From Prochlorococcus sp. AG-363-C02 (GTDB lineage Bacteria > Cyanobacteriota > Cyanobacteriia > PCC-6307 > Cyanobiaceae): 64,000 nucleotides of DNA. This document shows, in pieces, positions 22,021 to 33,178 of this stretch (position 1 is its first letter; each line of letters begins with the position of its first letter). The notes below the pieces were generated by a model, which was not told the DNA's origin, did not search any database, and saw only the letters and a list, made by a program, of their open reading frames with translations. Location: positions 10,431 through 74,430 of the forward strand of contig QCFH01000004.1 of assembly GCA_003278345.1 (NCBI GenBank), read 5' to 3'. The position numbers and the translations under genes were made by a program.

Positions 22021-23037
22021 GTGCAAAAAAAAAGAGTTTTATCCGGCGTTCAACCAACAGGGGCTCTTCATCTAGGTAATTGGCTGGGAGCTATTCGCAA
22101 CTGGGTTGAACTACAAAATGAATACGAAACCTTCGTTTGCGTAGTAGATCTACATGCTATTACTATTCCTCACAATCCTCAGGAACTAAAAGAAAATACA
22201 TTAAAAACAGCAGCACTTTATCTTGCATGTGGGATGGACCCTAAAAAGTGCTCAATATTTATTCAAAGTCACATTCCTGCTCATAGTGAACTCTGCTGGA
22301 TTCTCAATTGCATAACACCATTAAATTGGATGGAAAGAATGATCCAATTTAAAGAAAAAGCTATTAAGCAAGGCGACAATGTATCTCTAGGATTACTTGA
22401 TTATCCAGTATTAATGGCATCAGACATACTTCTTTATGATGCTGATTTAGTGCCAGTAGGTGAAGATCAAAAACAGCATCTTGAGTTAGCAAGGGATATA
22501 GCTCAGCAAAGAATAAATTCCCGATTTAGTAAAAAGGGCTCACCAATTCTTAAAGTTCCAAAACCCCTAATTATTAAAGAAGGAGCAAAAATCATGAGCT
22601 TATGTGATGGAAAAAATAAAATGAGCAAAAGCGATCCCAATGAAAATAGTAGAATTGCACTTTTAGATAGCGCAGATATGATTAGAAAAAAAATAAAAAA
22701 GGCAAGGACAGATGAGCACTTTGGTCTAGAGTTTAATAATCCAAATAGACCAGAATCAGAAAATCTCTTAGGAATTTACTCCATGCTAAGTGGTAAACAA
22801 AGAGAAACAGTAAGCGAGGAATGCTCAAATATAGGGTGGGGAAAATTCAAACCTATGCTTACTGACGCCATAATCTCTTCATTAGAACCAATCCAAACAA
22901 AATACAACTTTCTTAGAAAGGATCCGGAATACTTAAATCAAATTCTTAGTGATGGTGCAGATAAAGCAACTATACTGTCAAATTTAACTCTCAATAAAGT
23001 AAGATCTGCTTTTGGTTTTCTTCCAAAAATAGATTAA
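22021..23037 (+). CDS. trpS: Tryptophan--tRNA ligase
   Basis: [25 protein letters not shown]. Confidence 0.97.
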   Translation: MQKKRVLSGVQPTGALHLGNWLGAIRNWVELQNEYETFVCVVDLHAITIPHNPQELKENTLKTAALYLACGMDPKKCSIFIQSHIPAHSELCWILNCITPLNWMERMIQFKEKAIKQGDNVSLGLLDYPVLMASDILLYDADLVPVGEDQKQHLELARDIAQQRINSRFSKKGSPILKVPKPLIIKEGAKIMSLCDGKNKMSKSDPNENSRIALLDSADMIRKKIKKARTDEHFGLEFNNPNRPESENLLGIYSMLSGKQRETVSEECSNIGWGKFKPMLTDAIISSLEPIQTKYNFLRKDPEYLNQILSDGADKATILSNLTLNKVRSAFGFLPKID

Positions 23038-23039
23038 TA

Positions 23040-24965
23040 ATGCCAATTATTACTTTGCCTGACGGAAGTCAGAAAAACTATTCAAAACCAGTAACTATTT
23101 ATGAGATAGCATCAAGCATTGGACCTGGTTTAGCTAATGCAGCAATAGCAGGTAATGTTGATGGTAATTTGATAGATACATGTATACCAATAACAAAAGA
23201 TTCAAATATAAAAATAATAACGTCTAAAGATAAAGAAGGTATTGATATTATTCGTCATTCATTTGCTCACTTAGTAGGCCATGCTGTAAAGCAATTATAT
23301 CCAGATGCAAAGATGGCAATAGGACCTGTGATTGAGAACGGATTTTATTATGATATAGGCTACAAAGAAAACTTTACTCCCGATGATCTTAAAAATATTG
23401 AATCTAGAATAAAAAAGCTTATAGCATTAAATTATGATGTTGAAGTAAAGATAGTTTCTAAAGATGTAGCTCGTAAAATATTTAGTGATAGAAATGAAAT
23501 ATATAAAGTTCAAATAGTAGATAATATTCCTGAGAATGAAACTATAAAATTATATAAACATCAAGAGTATATCGATATGTGTAGAGGACCACATGTACCT
23601 AATACGAAACATCTTAAATCATTCGCACTAACAAAAGTTTCTGGAGCATATTGGCGTGGAAATTCTAACAATGAAATGCTACAAAGAATCTATGGAACAG
23701 CCTGGGGTAATTCAAAAGAATTAAGAGAATATATTAAGAGGTTAGAAGAAGCTGAAAAGAGAGATCATAGAAAGCTAGGTAAAAAATACGATTTATTTCA
23801 TACCCAAGAAGAAGCACCAGGAATGATTTTTTGGCATCCAAAAGGATGGTCAATATATCAAGTCTTAGAAACATATATAAGAGAAATTCTTGCGCTTAAT
23901 GACTATAAAGAGATAAAAACCCCCCAAGCTGTAGATAGATCACTATGGGAGAAATCTGGACATTGGGATAAATTCAAAGACGATATGTTTACTACTAATT
24001 CTGAAAATAGAGAGTACGCAATAAAGCCAATGAATTGTCCTTGTCATATACAAGTTTTTAATCAAGGTTTAAAAAGCTATAAAGATCTGCCAATAAGACT
24101 TGCTGAATTTGGCTCATGTCATAGAAATGAGCCATCAGGTGCACTCCATGGCCTTATGAGGGTTAGGAATTTTGTTCAAGACGATGCACATATATTCTGC
24201 ACAGAAGAACAAATTCAAGGAGAAGTAGATAATTTTATAGATCTTGTTTTTGAGGTTTATAAAGCATTTGGCTTTGATTCAATTATCATTAAATTATCAA
24301 CAAGACCAAAAAACAGAGTCGGTAGTGATGAAATTTGGGACAAGTCTGAAAAAGCTCTTTCAGAAGCGCTAAATTTTAAAAAATTAGAGTGGGAATATTT
24401 GCCAGGAGAAGGTGCTTTTTACGGTCCAAAAATAGAGTTTTCATTAAAAGATAGTCTAGAAAGAATTTGGCAATGTGGAACAATTCAAGTAGATTTCTCA
24501 ATGCCTGGAAGATTAGGCGCAAGCTATATTAATGAAAAAAGTAATAAAGAAACACCCGTAATGCTTCATAGAGCAATACTTGGATCATTTGAAAGGTTTA
24601 TAGGAATTCTAATAGAAGAATATGAAGGAAAATTTCCAACATGGTTAGCACCTATTCAAGTTGCAATAATGAGCCTAACTGACAGGAATAAAGATTTATG
24701 TGAAGATATCTATAATTTGCTTATTAAAAATAATTATCGATCAGTTTTAGATATAAGGAATGAAAAAATTGGATTTAAGATAAGAGAGCACACAATTCAA
24801 AAAATACCTTATATGATAATTATTGGAGACAAAGAGCAAGATTCTAATAAATTATCAGTAAGGACAAGAGAAGGCAAAGACTTAGGCATCATGAACTTTA
24901 AGCAATTTCAGAATATAATTGATGAGGCTATAATTAAAAAGTCTAAATCTAATTCATCCGAATAA
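23040..24965 (+). CDS. thrS: Threonine--tRNA ligase, gammaproteobacterial type with TGS domain
   Basis: [36 protein letters not shown] and HRAILGS motifs. Confidence 0.97.
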   Translation: MPIITLPDGSQKNYSKPVTIYEIASSIGPGLANAAIAGNVDGNLIDTCIPITKDSNIKIITSKDKEGIDIIRHSFAHLVGHAVKQLYPDAKMAIGPVIENGFYYDIGYKENFTPDDLKNIESRIKKLIALNYDVEVKIVSKDVARKIFSDRNEIYKVQIVDNIPENETIKLYKHQEYIDMCRGPHVPNTKHLKSFALTKVSGAYWRGNSNNEMLQRIYGTAWGNSKELREYIKRLEEAEKRDHRKLGKKYDLFHTQEEAPGMIFWHPKGWSIYQVLETYIREILALNDYKEIKTPQAVDRSLWEKSGHWDKFKDDMFTTNSENREYAIKPMNCPCHIQVFNQGLKSYKDLPIRLAEFGSCHRNEPSGALHGLMRVRNFVQDDAHIFCTEEQIQGEVDNFIDLVFEVYKAFGFDSIIIKLSTRPKNRVGSDEIWDKSEKALSEALNFKKLEWEYLPGEGAFYGPKIEFSLKDSLERIWQCGTIQVDFSMPGRLGASYINEKSNKETPVMLHRAILGSFERFIGILIEEYEGKFPTWLAPIQVAIMSLTDRNKDLCEDIYNLLIKNNYRSVLDIRNEKIGFKIREHTIQKIPYMIIIGDKEQDSNKLSVRTREGKDLGIMNFKQFQNIIDEAIIKKSKSNSSE

Positions 24966-24992
24966 AATATGAGAAAATTTAAATAGAAACTA

Positions 24993-26039
24993 ATGCATTT
25001 AATAGCTGGCGATATTGGAGGAACAAAAACTCTTTTGGGAATATATAAATATTCTGGTACATTAGAATTGATTTATAAGAAATATTATTTATCAAATGAA
25101 TGGACAAACTTTGAATCTCTTTTAATGGATTTTGTCTCAAAATGGCCAAAAGATCTGGAATGGCCAAAATATGGATGCATTGGAGTTGCAGGAAATGTTA
25201 ATGGCGGAAAAGTATCTTTAACAAACTTAAGCTGGGAAATAAATCAAAGTCATATATGCAATTTATTAAATCTAAAAAATCTTTTAATTTTAAATGATTT
25301 TTATTGCCTTATTCATGCAATACCATTTATAAATAAAAACCAATTTGCGATAATCCAAAACTTTAAAAGTAATTCAATTGATATCGTTAACAACTCTCCT
25401 ATAACAATAATAGGTGCAGGTACTGGACTTGGTGTAGCAAGAGCATTATTTTCTAAAAATAGAATAGAAGTTCTAGCAAGCGAAGCTGGGCATACAGAAT
25501 TTGCTCCAAGATGTGAAAAAGAATGGGAACTTTCTTTATGGCTCAAAAAAATTTTTAACTTAAAAAGAATATCTATAGAGCGTGTAATAAGTGGAACAGG
25601 GTTAGGAAATATAGCTCGTTGGAGAGTAAGCAGAGGTGATATAAAGAATCATCCAATAATGAAAATCATTAAAGATCTAGAAAGTCAAAATAAATTACAA
25701 ACCAATTTGCCTGCAATTGTCAGCCAACTAGCTAATGAAGGTGACAATTTAATGAAAGAAGTTTTAGAGATGTGGCTTAGCGCTTATGGATCTGCAGCAG
25801 GTGACATTGCTTTACACGAACTTTGTAATGGTGGGCTATGGATTGCTGGTGGCACTGCCTATAAACAACTAGAAGGAATTCGTTCATCAAAATTTTTAGA
25901 TGCTTTTAAAAACAAAGGTCGTTTTACTGATTATCTCGATCAACTCCCGGTAATAGCTTTAATTGATTCTGATGCTGGCTTATTTGGAGCTGCATGCAAA
26001 GCGCATTTAATTTCCAAATCTAGTGTCAGAATCACATAA
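24993..26039 (+). CDS. glk: Glucokinase
   Basis: GDIGGTKT, LNDF, GAGTGLG, SEAGH and KGRF motifs. Confidence 0.93.
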   Translation: MHLIAGDIGGTKTLLGIYKYSGTLELIYKKYYLSNEWTNFESLLMDFVSKWPKDLEWPKYGCIGVAGNVNGGKVSLTNLSWEINQSHICNLLNLKNLLILNDFYCLIHAIPFINKNQFAIIQNFKSNSIDIVNNSPITIIGAGTGLGVARALFSKNRIEVLASEAGHTEFAPRCEKEWELSLWLKKIFNLKRISIERVISGTGLGNIARWRVSRGDIKNHPIMKIIKDLESQNKLQTNLPAIVSQLANEGDNLMKEVLEMWLSAYGSAAGDIALHELCNGGLWIAGGTAYKQLEGIRSSKFLDAFKNKGRFTDYLDQLPVIALIDSDAGLFGAACKAHLISKSSVRIT

Positions 26040-26052
26040 GATAAAGAACATA

Positions 26053-26997
26053 ATGATTCAGCCGCATATAGGCAAAAAAGTAATAGTGGAGGTTCCCTCT
26101 ACTACAGCTAACCTTGGACCAGGATTTGATTGTCTTGGCGCAGCATTAGGACTGAAGAATTTTTTTACTATTACCCGAATTGAAGGAGATAGTGAAAAGT
26201 TTGATTTAATAATGGAAAGTACAGAAGGAAATCATTTAAGAGGTGGTCCTGAAAATCTTTTTTATAGAGCAGCACAAAGAGTTTGGAGTGCAGCTGAAGT
26301 AGAACCCTTTGCATTAGAGGCAAGAGTAAAACTTGCAGTACCTCCAGCAAGAGGGCTTGGAAGTAGTGCGACTGCAATTGTTGCAGGATTGGTAGGTGCC
26401 AATGCCTTAATTGAAGACCCACTAAGCAAAGAAAAGCTTCTTGAACTAGCAATAGACATTGAAGGTCATCCAGATAATGTCGTCCCATCCCTTCTTGGAG
26501 GATTATGCTTTACAGCTAAAGCTGCCTCACAAAGGTGGAGAGTTGTCAGATGTGATTGGCATAAATCCATAAAAGCAGTTGTTGCAATACCATCACTTCG
26601 CTTAAGTACAAGTGAAGCAAGAAGGGTTATGCCAAAAACCGTTCCAATAAGTGATGCAGTGGTAAATCTAGGTTCTTTAACCTTATTACTTCATGGCCTA
26701 AGGACAGGTAGAGAAGATTTAATTTCAGATGGAATGCATGATCGCCTTCATGAGCCATATAGATGGAAACTCATAAAGGGTGGTAAAGAAGTCTGTGAAG
26801 CAGCTATGAGCTATGGGGCGTTAGGATGTGCAATAAGCGGAGCTGGGCCCAGCATTCTTGCCTTATGCAAGGAAGAGAATGGGAAAGCTATAAGCCAAGC
26901 GATGGTAAAAGCTTGGGAAAGAGCTGATGTAGCCAGCCGAGCCCCTTTACTAAACCTTCAAACATCAGGCTCCACATGGATGCCAGGCCAGAAGTGA
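26053..26997 (+). CDS. thrB: Homoserine kinase
   Basis: ANLGPGFD, PPARGLGSSA (GHMP), EGHPDN, ISGAGP; start set at ATG 26053. Confidence 0.96.
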   Translation: MIQPHIGKKVIVEVPSTTANLGPGFDCLGAALGLKNFFTITRIEGDSEKFDLIMESTEGNHLRGGPENLFYRAAQRVWSAAEVEPFALEARVKLAVPPARGLGSSATAIVAGLVGANALIEDPLSKEKLLELAIDIEGHPDNVVPSLLGGLCFTAKAASQRWRVVRCDWHKSIKAVVAIPSLRLSTSEARRVMPKTVPISDAVVNLGSLTLLLHGLRTGREDLISDGMHDRLHEPYRWKLIKGGKEVCEAAMSYGALGCAISGAGPSILALCKEENGKAISQAMVKAWERADVASRAPLLNLQTSGSTWMPGQK

Positions 26998-27036
26998 GTA
27001 GATCTACTTACTAAAAGGCACAACAGCTGATAAAGT
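26993..27036 (+). promoter_or_regulatory. 20-bp palindrome containing NtcA-like GTA-N8-TAC, followed by extended -10 (TGaTAAAGT), upstream of ndhD
   Basis: AGTGAGTAGA|TCTACTTACT at 26993-27012; GTA-GATCTACT-TAC at 26998-27011; TAAAGT at 27031-27036. Confidence 0.45.
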
Positions 27037-27058
27037 CTATTCTCATTCTCGTCAGATT

Positions 27059-28630
27059 ATGGACGCCACACTAGTAACACATACAGCGTCCACAAGCTCA
27101 GTACCATGGCTTTCTCTCATAGTACTTTTGCCGGTCTTTGGGGCACTAATAATACAATTCCTTCCAGTAAAGCAATCTGATAATCCGTCCTTTTTTAGAA
27201 ATATTGCAATTGCATTTTTAGGTTTTGATTTTCTTATAATAATAACTGTTTTTAGTCGATTTTTTGATAATAAAATAAGTGAAATTCAATTAATAGAAAG
27301 AATAAGCTGGCTGCCTTCAATAGGGCTTGAATGGTCACTAGGAGTAGATGGTATTTCAGCTCCTTTAGTTGCTTTAAGCGGCTTAATAACTCTCCTTTCT
27401 GCAGCTGCAAGTTGGAAGATTAATAATAAACCAAAACTTTATTTCTCCTTACTTTTAATTCAAGCTTCAGCACAAGCATTGGTTTTCCTGTCGCAAGATT
27501 TTCTATTATTCTTTCTTGCTTGGGAATTAGAACTTGTTCCTGTATATTTACTAATTGCAATTTGGGGAGGGAAAAAGAGGTTATATGCTGCTACAAAATT
27601 TATACTTTACACAGCTCTTGCATCACTCCTAATTCTTGTAAGTGGTCTTGCACTTGCATTATCAGGTAATCAATTTTCATTAAACCTTACAGATCTCAGT
27701 ACAAGATCTGCTTCTGGAACTTTTGGATTGCTTTGTTATTTAGGATTCTTAATTGGGTTTGGAGTAAAACTACCAATATTCCCTCTTCATACATGGCTTC
27801 CTGATGCTCATGGTGAAGCAAATGCTCCTGTTTCAATGTTGCTAGCAGGCGTACTTTTAAAAATGGGAGGTTATGCATTGATTAGGTTTAATGTACAAAT
27901 GTTCCCTGAAACACATATTCAATTTGCACCTGCTCTAATAATAATAGGAATTGTAAATATAATTTATGGGGCATTAAATGCATTTGCTCAAGATAATGTA
28001 AAAAGAAGAATTGCTTGCAGTTCTGTTAGCCATATGGGATTCGTTTTACTAGGAATTGGTGCAATAAATACTCTTGGAATTAATGGAGCAATGCTCCAAA
28101 TGATTAGCCATGGATTAATAGCTGCAGCAATGTTTTTTGTGACAGGCTCCTTTTACGAAAGAACAAATACACTTTCAATTCCCAATATGGGAGGGGTAGC
28201 CAAAGCCTTACCAATTACTTTTGCTCTTTTTCTAACATGTTCATTGGCATCTTTAGCCTTGCCTGGGATGAGTGGATTTATTAGTGAAATAACAATATTT
28301 TTAGGCATAACAAGTCAAGAAGCATTTACATCATTATTTAAATCGATTTCAATTTTTATTGCTGCAATTGGATTAGTTCTTACCCCTATATATCTTTTAT
28401 CAATGTGTAGACGTGTATTCTTTGGACCTAGAATACCAGCACTAGCAATTGTGGAAGAGATGAGTCCAAGAGAATTGTTTATATCATTAAGTCTGATAGT
28501 ACCCACTCTCCTTATTGGTTTTTGGCCAAGAGTCATAACTGAATTATATGAGAGTTCTTCGAACCTAATTGCAAATAACCTTTTGTCTCATATGCTTATA
28601 ATAACTAATAATTCAATGAATTTACTTTAA
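27059..28630 (+). CDS. ndhD: NAD(P)H-quinone oxidoreductase (NDH-1) subunit 4, stand-alone paralog
   Basis: [28 protein letters not shown] and SSVSHMG motifs; many TM helices. Confidence 0.93.
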   Translation: MDATLVTHTASTSSVPWLSLIVLLPVFGALIIQFLPVKQSDNPSFFRNIAIAFLGFDFLIIITVFSRFFDNKISEIQLIERISWLPSIGLEWSLGVDGISAPLVALSGLITLLSAAASWKINNKPKLYFSLLLIQASAQALVFLSQDFLLFFLAWELELVPVYLLIAIWGGKKRLYAATKFILYTALASLLILVSGLALALSGNQFSLNLTDLSTRSASGTFGLLCYLGFLIGFGVKLPIFPLHTWLPDAHGEANAPVSMLLAGVLLKMGGYALIRFNVQMFPETHIQFAPALIIIGIVNIIYGALNAFAQDNVKRRIACSSVSHMGFVLLGIGAINTLGINGAMLQMISHGLIAAAMFFVTGSFYERTNTLSIPNMGGVAKALPITFALFLTCSLASLALPGMSGFISEITIFLGITSQEAFTSLFKSISIFIAAIGLVLTPIYLLSMCRRVFFGPRIPALAIVEEMSPRELFISLSLIVPTLLIGFWPRVITELYESSSNLIANNLLSHMLIITNNSMNLL

Positions 28631-28636
28631 GCAAAA

Positions 28637-30760
28637 GTGAGAAAGAATATGGGATGTATATTTACGAGCAAAGGACTACCTGCATTTGAAAGAATAACTC
28701 CTAAAGAAATTGAAAACCATCTACCTCCTTTACTTAAAGAGCTTAATGAAGAACTAATTACATTAGAAAACAATATACGAAGAAAATTAAATAAGAATGA
28801 TTCTCTTACTTGGAACGAATTAATAGGAACTCTACATAAAATAGAGAAAAAGCTTCATTCTGGCTGGGGTGTTGTCTCACATTTATATGGAGTCTCAAAC
28901 TCTCCGGAATTAAGAGAAGTATATTCTTCTCAACAACCGAAAGTTATACGATTTTGTAATCGTCTTGGACAGAGCACGATTCTTTTTGATGCTCTAACAA
29001 AACTTCTTCAAGACAAGAAACAACAGCTAGACGAAACACAGCAAAGAATTATTCGAGCAGAGCTTTTAGAAATGAAGAACAAAGGCGTAGGCCTTACAGG
29101 CGACGAGAAGGAGCTTTTCAATTACAATAGCGAACGTCTTGCCAAATTATCTACTACGTTTAGTGATAATGTTTTAGATGCTTCAAATAGCTGGAAACTT
29201 CTTCTAACCAAGCAAGAAGAGATAGCAGGGCTACCGCGAAGAAATCGTGAACTGATGGCAAAAGCAGCAAAGAACAATTCAGATCCCTCCTCAAAAGAAA
29301 AATATAAGTACACCGCAGATCAAGGTCCTTGGCTACTTACTTTAGATGTTCCAAGCTACATAGCATTTATTACTTACTCAGAGAATAGAAATCTTCGTGA
29401 AAAAATTTATAAAGCCTATGTTAGTAGAGCAAGTAAAGGAACAAAAAACAATGAGATTTTAATTGAGGAAATTTTAGATCTCAGAAGTAAACAATCTAAA
29501 TTACTCGGCTACCAGAATTGGGCTGAATTAAGCCTTGCAAATAAAATGGCACAAGATATTAACGAAGTTGAGTCTCTCTTAGAAGAAATAAGAGTGGCAG
29601 CAATGCCAGCAGCTCATAAAGAAATAAAACGTTTACAAGATTTTGCCTCTAAAAATACCAATAAAGAATTCAATGATTTTGCTCCTTGGGATCTAAGCTT
29701 TTGGTCGGAAAAGCTTAGACAAGATATCCTAGATCTAAATCAAGAGGAACTTAGAGCTTGGTTCCCTCTATCTCAAGTACTTAATGGCCTGTTTAAATTG
29801 TGTGAGAGACTTTTTGATATTTATATAGAGCCAGAAAACAAAAGCTATCCAGTTTGGCATAAAGATGTTCAATTATTTAATGTTATAGATAACAAAGGGG
29901 CCAAAATAGCATCTTTTTATTTAGATCCATACTCAAGACCAGAAACCAAAAGAGGTGGCGCATGGATGGATGAATGTCTAACCAAAGAAAAGCTTCAAGA
30001 TGGAAATTACATAGTACCAGTAGCGTATTTAATATGTAATCAAACACCTCCAATGAACAATACGCCTAGTCTTATGAGCTTTGAAGAAGTAAGAACACTA
30101 TTTCACGAATTTGGTCATGGTCTACAACATATGCTTACAACCATTGATTACCCTAAGGCTGCGGGTATAAACAACATTGAATGGGATGCTGTTGAATTAC
30201 CTAGCCAATTTATGGAGAACTGGTGTCTAGATAATAGAACTATTCATGATATAGCAAAGCATTGGGAAACAAAGGAATCCTTGTCAGATGAAGATGTCAA
30301 TAAATTGCGCTTAAATCAAATCTTCAACTCTGGTATTTCTACGATGAGACAAATTCACTTTGCACTTACAGATATAAAGCTTCATAGCTCTTGGGAGAAG
30401 GAATCTGGCATAAAACCAAATGATTTGAGGAGGGATTTAGCTAAAAGCACATGCGTATTGCAACCTATTCCAGAAGATAATTTCTTATGTGCCTTTAATC
30501 ATATCTTTGCTGGAGGATACTCGGCAGGATACTATTCATACAAATGGGCTGAAGTTCTAAGTGCAGATGCATACGCAAGTTTTGAAGAGTCAGGTCTAGA
30601 TAACGAATTAGAAATAAGAAAAAAAGGAACTCTCTTTAGAGATACTGTCCTTAGTCTAGGAGGAAGTAAATCACCTGCAGAAGTATTTAAATTATTTAGA
30701 GGCAGATCTCCAAGTACTAAACCATTAATTAGACATAGTGGGCTTATTAGCAACTCCTAG
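28637..30760 (+). CDS. prlC: Oligopeptidase A (M3 metallopeptidase)
   Basis: HEFGH zinc motif, KRGGAWM, WDAVELPSQ, GYSAGYYSYKWAE. Confidence 0.95.
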   Translation: MRKNMGCIFTSKGLPAFERITPKEIENHLPPLLKELNEELITLENNIRRKLNKNDSLTWNELIGTLHKIEKKLHSGWGVVSHLYGVSNSPELREVYSSQQPKVIRFCNRLGQSTILFDALTKLLQDKKQQLDETQQRIIRAELLEMKNKGVGLTGDEKELFNYNSERLAKLSTTFSDNVLDASNSWKLLLTKQEEIAGLPRRNRELMAKAAKNNSDPSSKEKYKYTADQGPWLLTLDVPSYIAFITYSENRNLREKIYKAYVSRASKGTKNNEILIEEILDLRSKQSKLLGYQNWAELSLANKMAQDINEVESLLEEIRVAAMPAAHKEIKRLQDFASKNTNKEFNDFAPWDLSFWSEKLRQDILDLNQEELRAWFPLSQVLNGLFKLCERLFDIYIEPENKSYPVWHKDVQLFNVIDNKGAKIASFYLDPYSRPETKRGGAWMDECLTKEKLQDGNYIVPVAYLICNQTPPMNNTPSLMSFEEVRTLFHEFGHGLQHMLTTIDYPKAAGINNIEWDAVELPSQFMENWCLDNRTIHDIAKHWETKESLSDEDVNKLRLNQIFNSGISTMRQIHFALTDIKLHSSWEKESGIKPNDLRRDLAKSTCVLQPIPEDNFLCAFNHIFAGGYSAGYYSYKWAEVLSADAYASFEESGLDNELEIRKKGTLFRDTVLSLGGSKSPAEVFKLFRGRSPSTKPLIRHSGLISNS

Positions 30761-31351
30761 CAAGTCCTCACTTATTAATTGAATACTAATTGAATTCCTT
30801 ATTAACCCTTTATGAGTTATAACTGGTAGAGAAATTGAATCTCCTATAGGCAACACTGCATGAAAACCAGGGAAAACCATTAAGTCAGAAAAAGAGAAAT
30901 AGCTTATACATTGAATACTTGTCAGGTTAATTAAAGAATTATCTAGTGAATACAACAAATTACTACCTATCTTCATTTCTGCAATACCTAAGAAGAAAGA
31001 CCTAGGTACACATTGAGCAGTCAAAGTCCCCTTATGGGGACTTCCAATGCTAAAGAAGCGTATAGTTCGCTTAAATCCCATAAACTCCTGCAACCAAACT
31101 CTACTAATTAAGCCACCCATAGAAAAGCCTAATATATCTATTGGTTGTTCAGAACCAAATCTACTTTGAATCTGAAGGTCAAGCTCTTTAGCTAACTCCC
31201 TAATACCTACTCTTCCAAAGTCATGTGGCAAATGAGGAGCTAATAAAAGAGATGGCTTTTGATTCAGGTGATTTATAAGTCTCTCAAACAGCTGTGGAGT
31301 ATTCCATAAGCCATGAACCAAAACCAATGGTCTAATCAATTGTCTTTTCAT
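30725..31351 (-). CDS. Lipase-family alpha/beta hydrolase
   Basis: LVHGL oxyanion motif, GFSMGG nucleophile elbow, GSPHKG. Confidence 0.85.
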   Translation of the reverse strand: MKRQLIRPLVLVHGLWNTPQLFERLINHLNQKPSLLLAPHLPHDFGRVGIRELAKELDLQIQSRFGSEQPIDILGFSMGGLISRVWLQEFMGFKRTIRFFSIGSPHKGTLTAQCVPRSFFLGIAEMKIGSNLLYSLDNSLINLTSIQCISYFSFSDLMVFPGFHAVLPIGDSISLPVITHKGLIRNSISIQLISEDLLGVANKPTMSN

Positions 31352-31355
31352 GAGC

Positions 31356-31736
31356 TCATGGAAAAATATTTTTTTTCCTATTTATTGAAACACTACCTTG
31401 AAAACCATCTATTGGAGGTGTGCATTTTTTCAAGGAAATCTCCATAGGAATAGGGCCATACAAGTTTTCAAGCCTTTCTAAAATGCATTCACTAAAACGT
31501 TCAATGGTTTTACATTTAATTCCGAGAGCTAATTGCTGAATATTGTTAATAGCAAGGCTATAATCAAGAGTTGCGGAGAGCTCATCATTTATAGCAGCAT
31601 CATTTACGTCAACCCACAGTATAATATCTAAAAGAAAATCTTGTCCTAACAATTGTTCTTTTTCTAGAACACCAACATGAGCCCAAAGGTTGACATTCGA
31701 AATGTTAATAGAAGTCAAAGAAGTCTCATCCATCAT
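31356..31736 (-). CDS. folB: Dihydroneopterin aldolase
   Basis: HVGVLEKE..LGQ.F, TLDY and TIE motifs. Confidence 0.88.
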   Translation of the reverse strand: MMDETSLTSINISNVNLWAHVGVLEKEQLLGQDFLLDIILWVDVNDAAINDELSATLDYSLAINNIQQLALGIKCKTIERFSECILERLENLYGPIPMEISLKKCTPPIDGFQGSVSINRKKNIFP

Positions 31737-33049
31737 TACTTTAAATCCTTATGAGAAAAACTTTTCTTTCCTAAAGAAAAATCCGCAGCCACATGTCCTT
31801 CTCCTTTTAAAAAATATCTATATGTAACTAAGCCCTCTAGGCCGACTGGTCCTCTTGGAGGAAGGGTTTGAGTGCTAATTCCAACTTCTGCACCAAATCC
31901 ATAACGGAAACCATCAGCAAACCGAGTAGAACAATTATGATAAACACCTGAACTGTCTACTGATAACATAAATTTTCTAGCTATCTCTTTATTATTTGTG
32001 GCAATAGCATCTGTATGCCTAGAACTATAAATACGTATATGCTCTATTGCCTCATCAACAGAAGAAACAATTTTTATTGAAAGTTTTAACTCAAGGTATT
32101 CTGTAGACCAATCACTATCAATGGCCTTATTACTCACACCTAACTCCTGTGACAGCTCGTCTCCTACAAGCTCAACTCCTAGATTGGCAAGAGCTGGCAC
32201 GGCAATCTCTAAAAAAGAAGATGCGATATCCTTGTGCAAAAGTAATGTCTCAATCGCGTTACATGCAGCAGGATATTGACATTTACTATCAATCGTTATA
32301 TCTAGAGCTTGATTTAAATCAACATTAGAATCTACATACAAATGACAAATACCATCAGCATGACCCAAAACAGGTATTCGAGTATTGTCTTGAATAAACC
32401 TCACTAATTCATTACTTCCTCTGGGAATTATAAGATCTACATATTTATCTAAAAGAAGTAAACTCAAACTTTCTTCTCGCGTTGTTAGTAAACATAAAGA
32501 GTTCGATGAAATATCAGAGTCATTTAAACCATTATTAAGTGCTTTTATAATTGCCTCATTCGTTAAGCTTGCTTCACTACCTCCCTTAAGGATAGCTCCA
32601 TTACCAGATCGTATAGCTAAGGAAGCTATCTGCATAACAGCATCAGGTCTAGACTCGAAGATAACTCCAAGTACTCCTAAAGGAACTGTAACTCTCTCTA
32701 AAATGAGACCTTTATCTAATTCCCGATATAGTTGGCGGCATCCGAGCGGATCAGTTAAAGCGGCTACTTGCGTAACACCCTCTATAGCATTGCTCAACTT
32801 TTCTTTATTAAGTTTCAATCTTGATAACAGTGCCTGGCTAAGCCCGTTTTCCTGTGCTCTTAGAAGGTCACTTTCGTTAGCATGAATAATTTCATCAGCA
32901 TGAGCATGCAAACTATTTGCCATTGAAGACAAAGCACTTTGACGTTGCTCATTACTACTTTGAGCTAATTCTATTGAGGCTTTCTTAACATCACTAGCAC
33001 GTAAGAGCAGATCATCTGTAGGTGCAGAAATTTTGGTTTGATTTTGCAT
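31736..33049 (-). CDS. proA: Gamma-glutamyl phosphate reductase
   Basis: [34 protein letters not shown] and RGPVG motifs. Confidence 0.97.
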   Translation of the reverse strand: MQNQTKISAPTDDLLLRASDVKKASIELAQSSNEQRQSALSSMANSLHAHADEIIHANESDLLRAQENGLSQALLSRLKLNKEKLSNAIEGVTQVAALTDPLGCRQLYRELDKGLILERVTVPLGVLGVIFESRPDAVMQIASLAIRSGNGAILKGGSEASLTNEAIIKALNNGLNDSDISSNSLCLLTTREESLSLLLLDKYVDLIIPRGSNELVRFIQDNTRIPVLGHADGICHLYVDSNVDLNQALDITIDSKCQYPAACNAIETLLLHKDIASSFLEIAVPALANLGVELVGDELSQELGVSNKAIDSDWSTEYLELKLSIKIVSSVDEAIEHIRIYSSRHTDAIATNNKEIARKFMLSVDSSGVYHNCSTRFADGFRYGFGAEVGISTQTLPPRGPVGLEGLVTYRYFLKGEGHVAADFSLGKKSFSHKDLK

Positions 33050-33178
33050 GAGTTACTAGATTTTTAAATACATCCTGCCTCAAGAATTTTAATGGGCTGT
33101 AAAATCTTAAAATAGTTAGAGTGGCAAGAATATCTTAAATTCGATTAAAAGATAAATAAGGATATTTATTATATAAAA

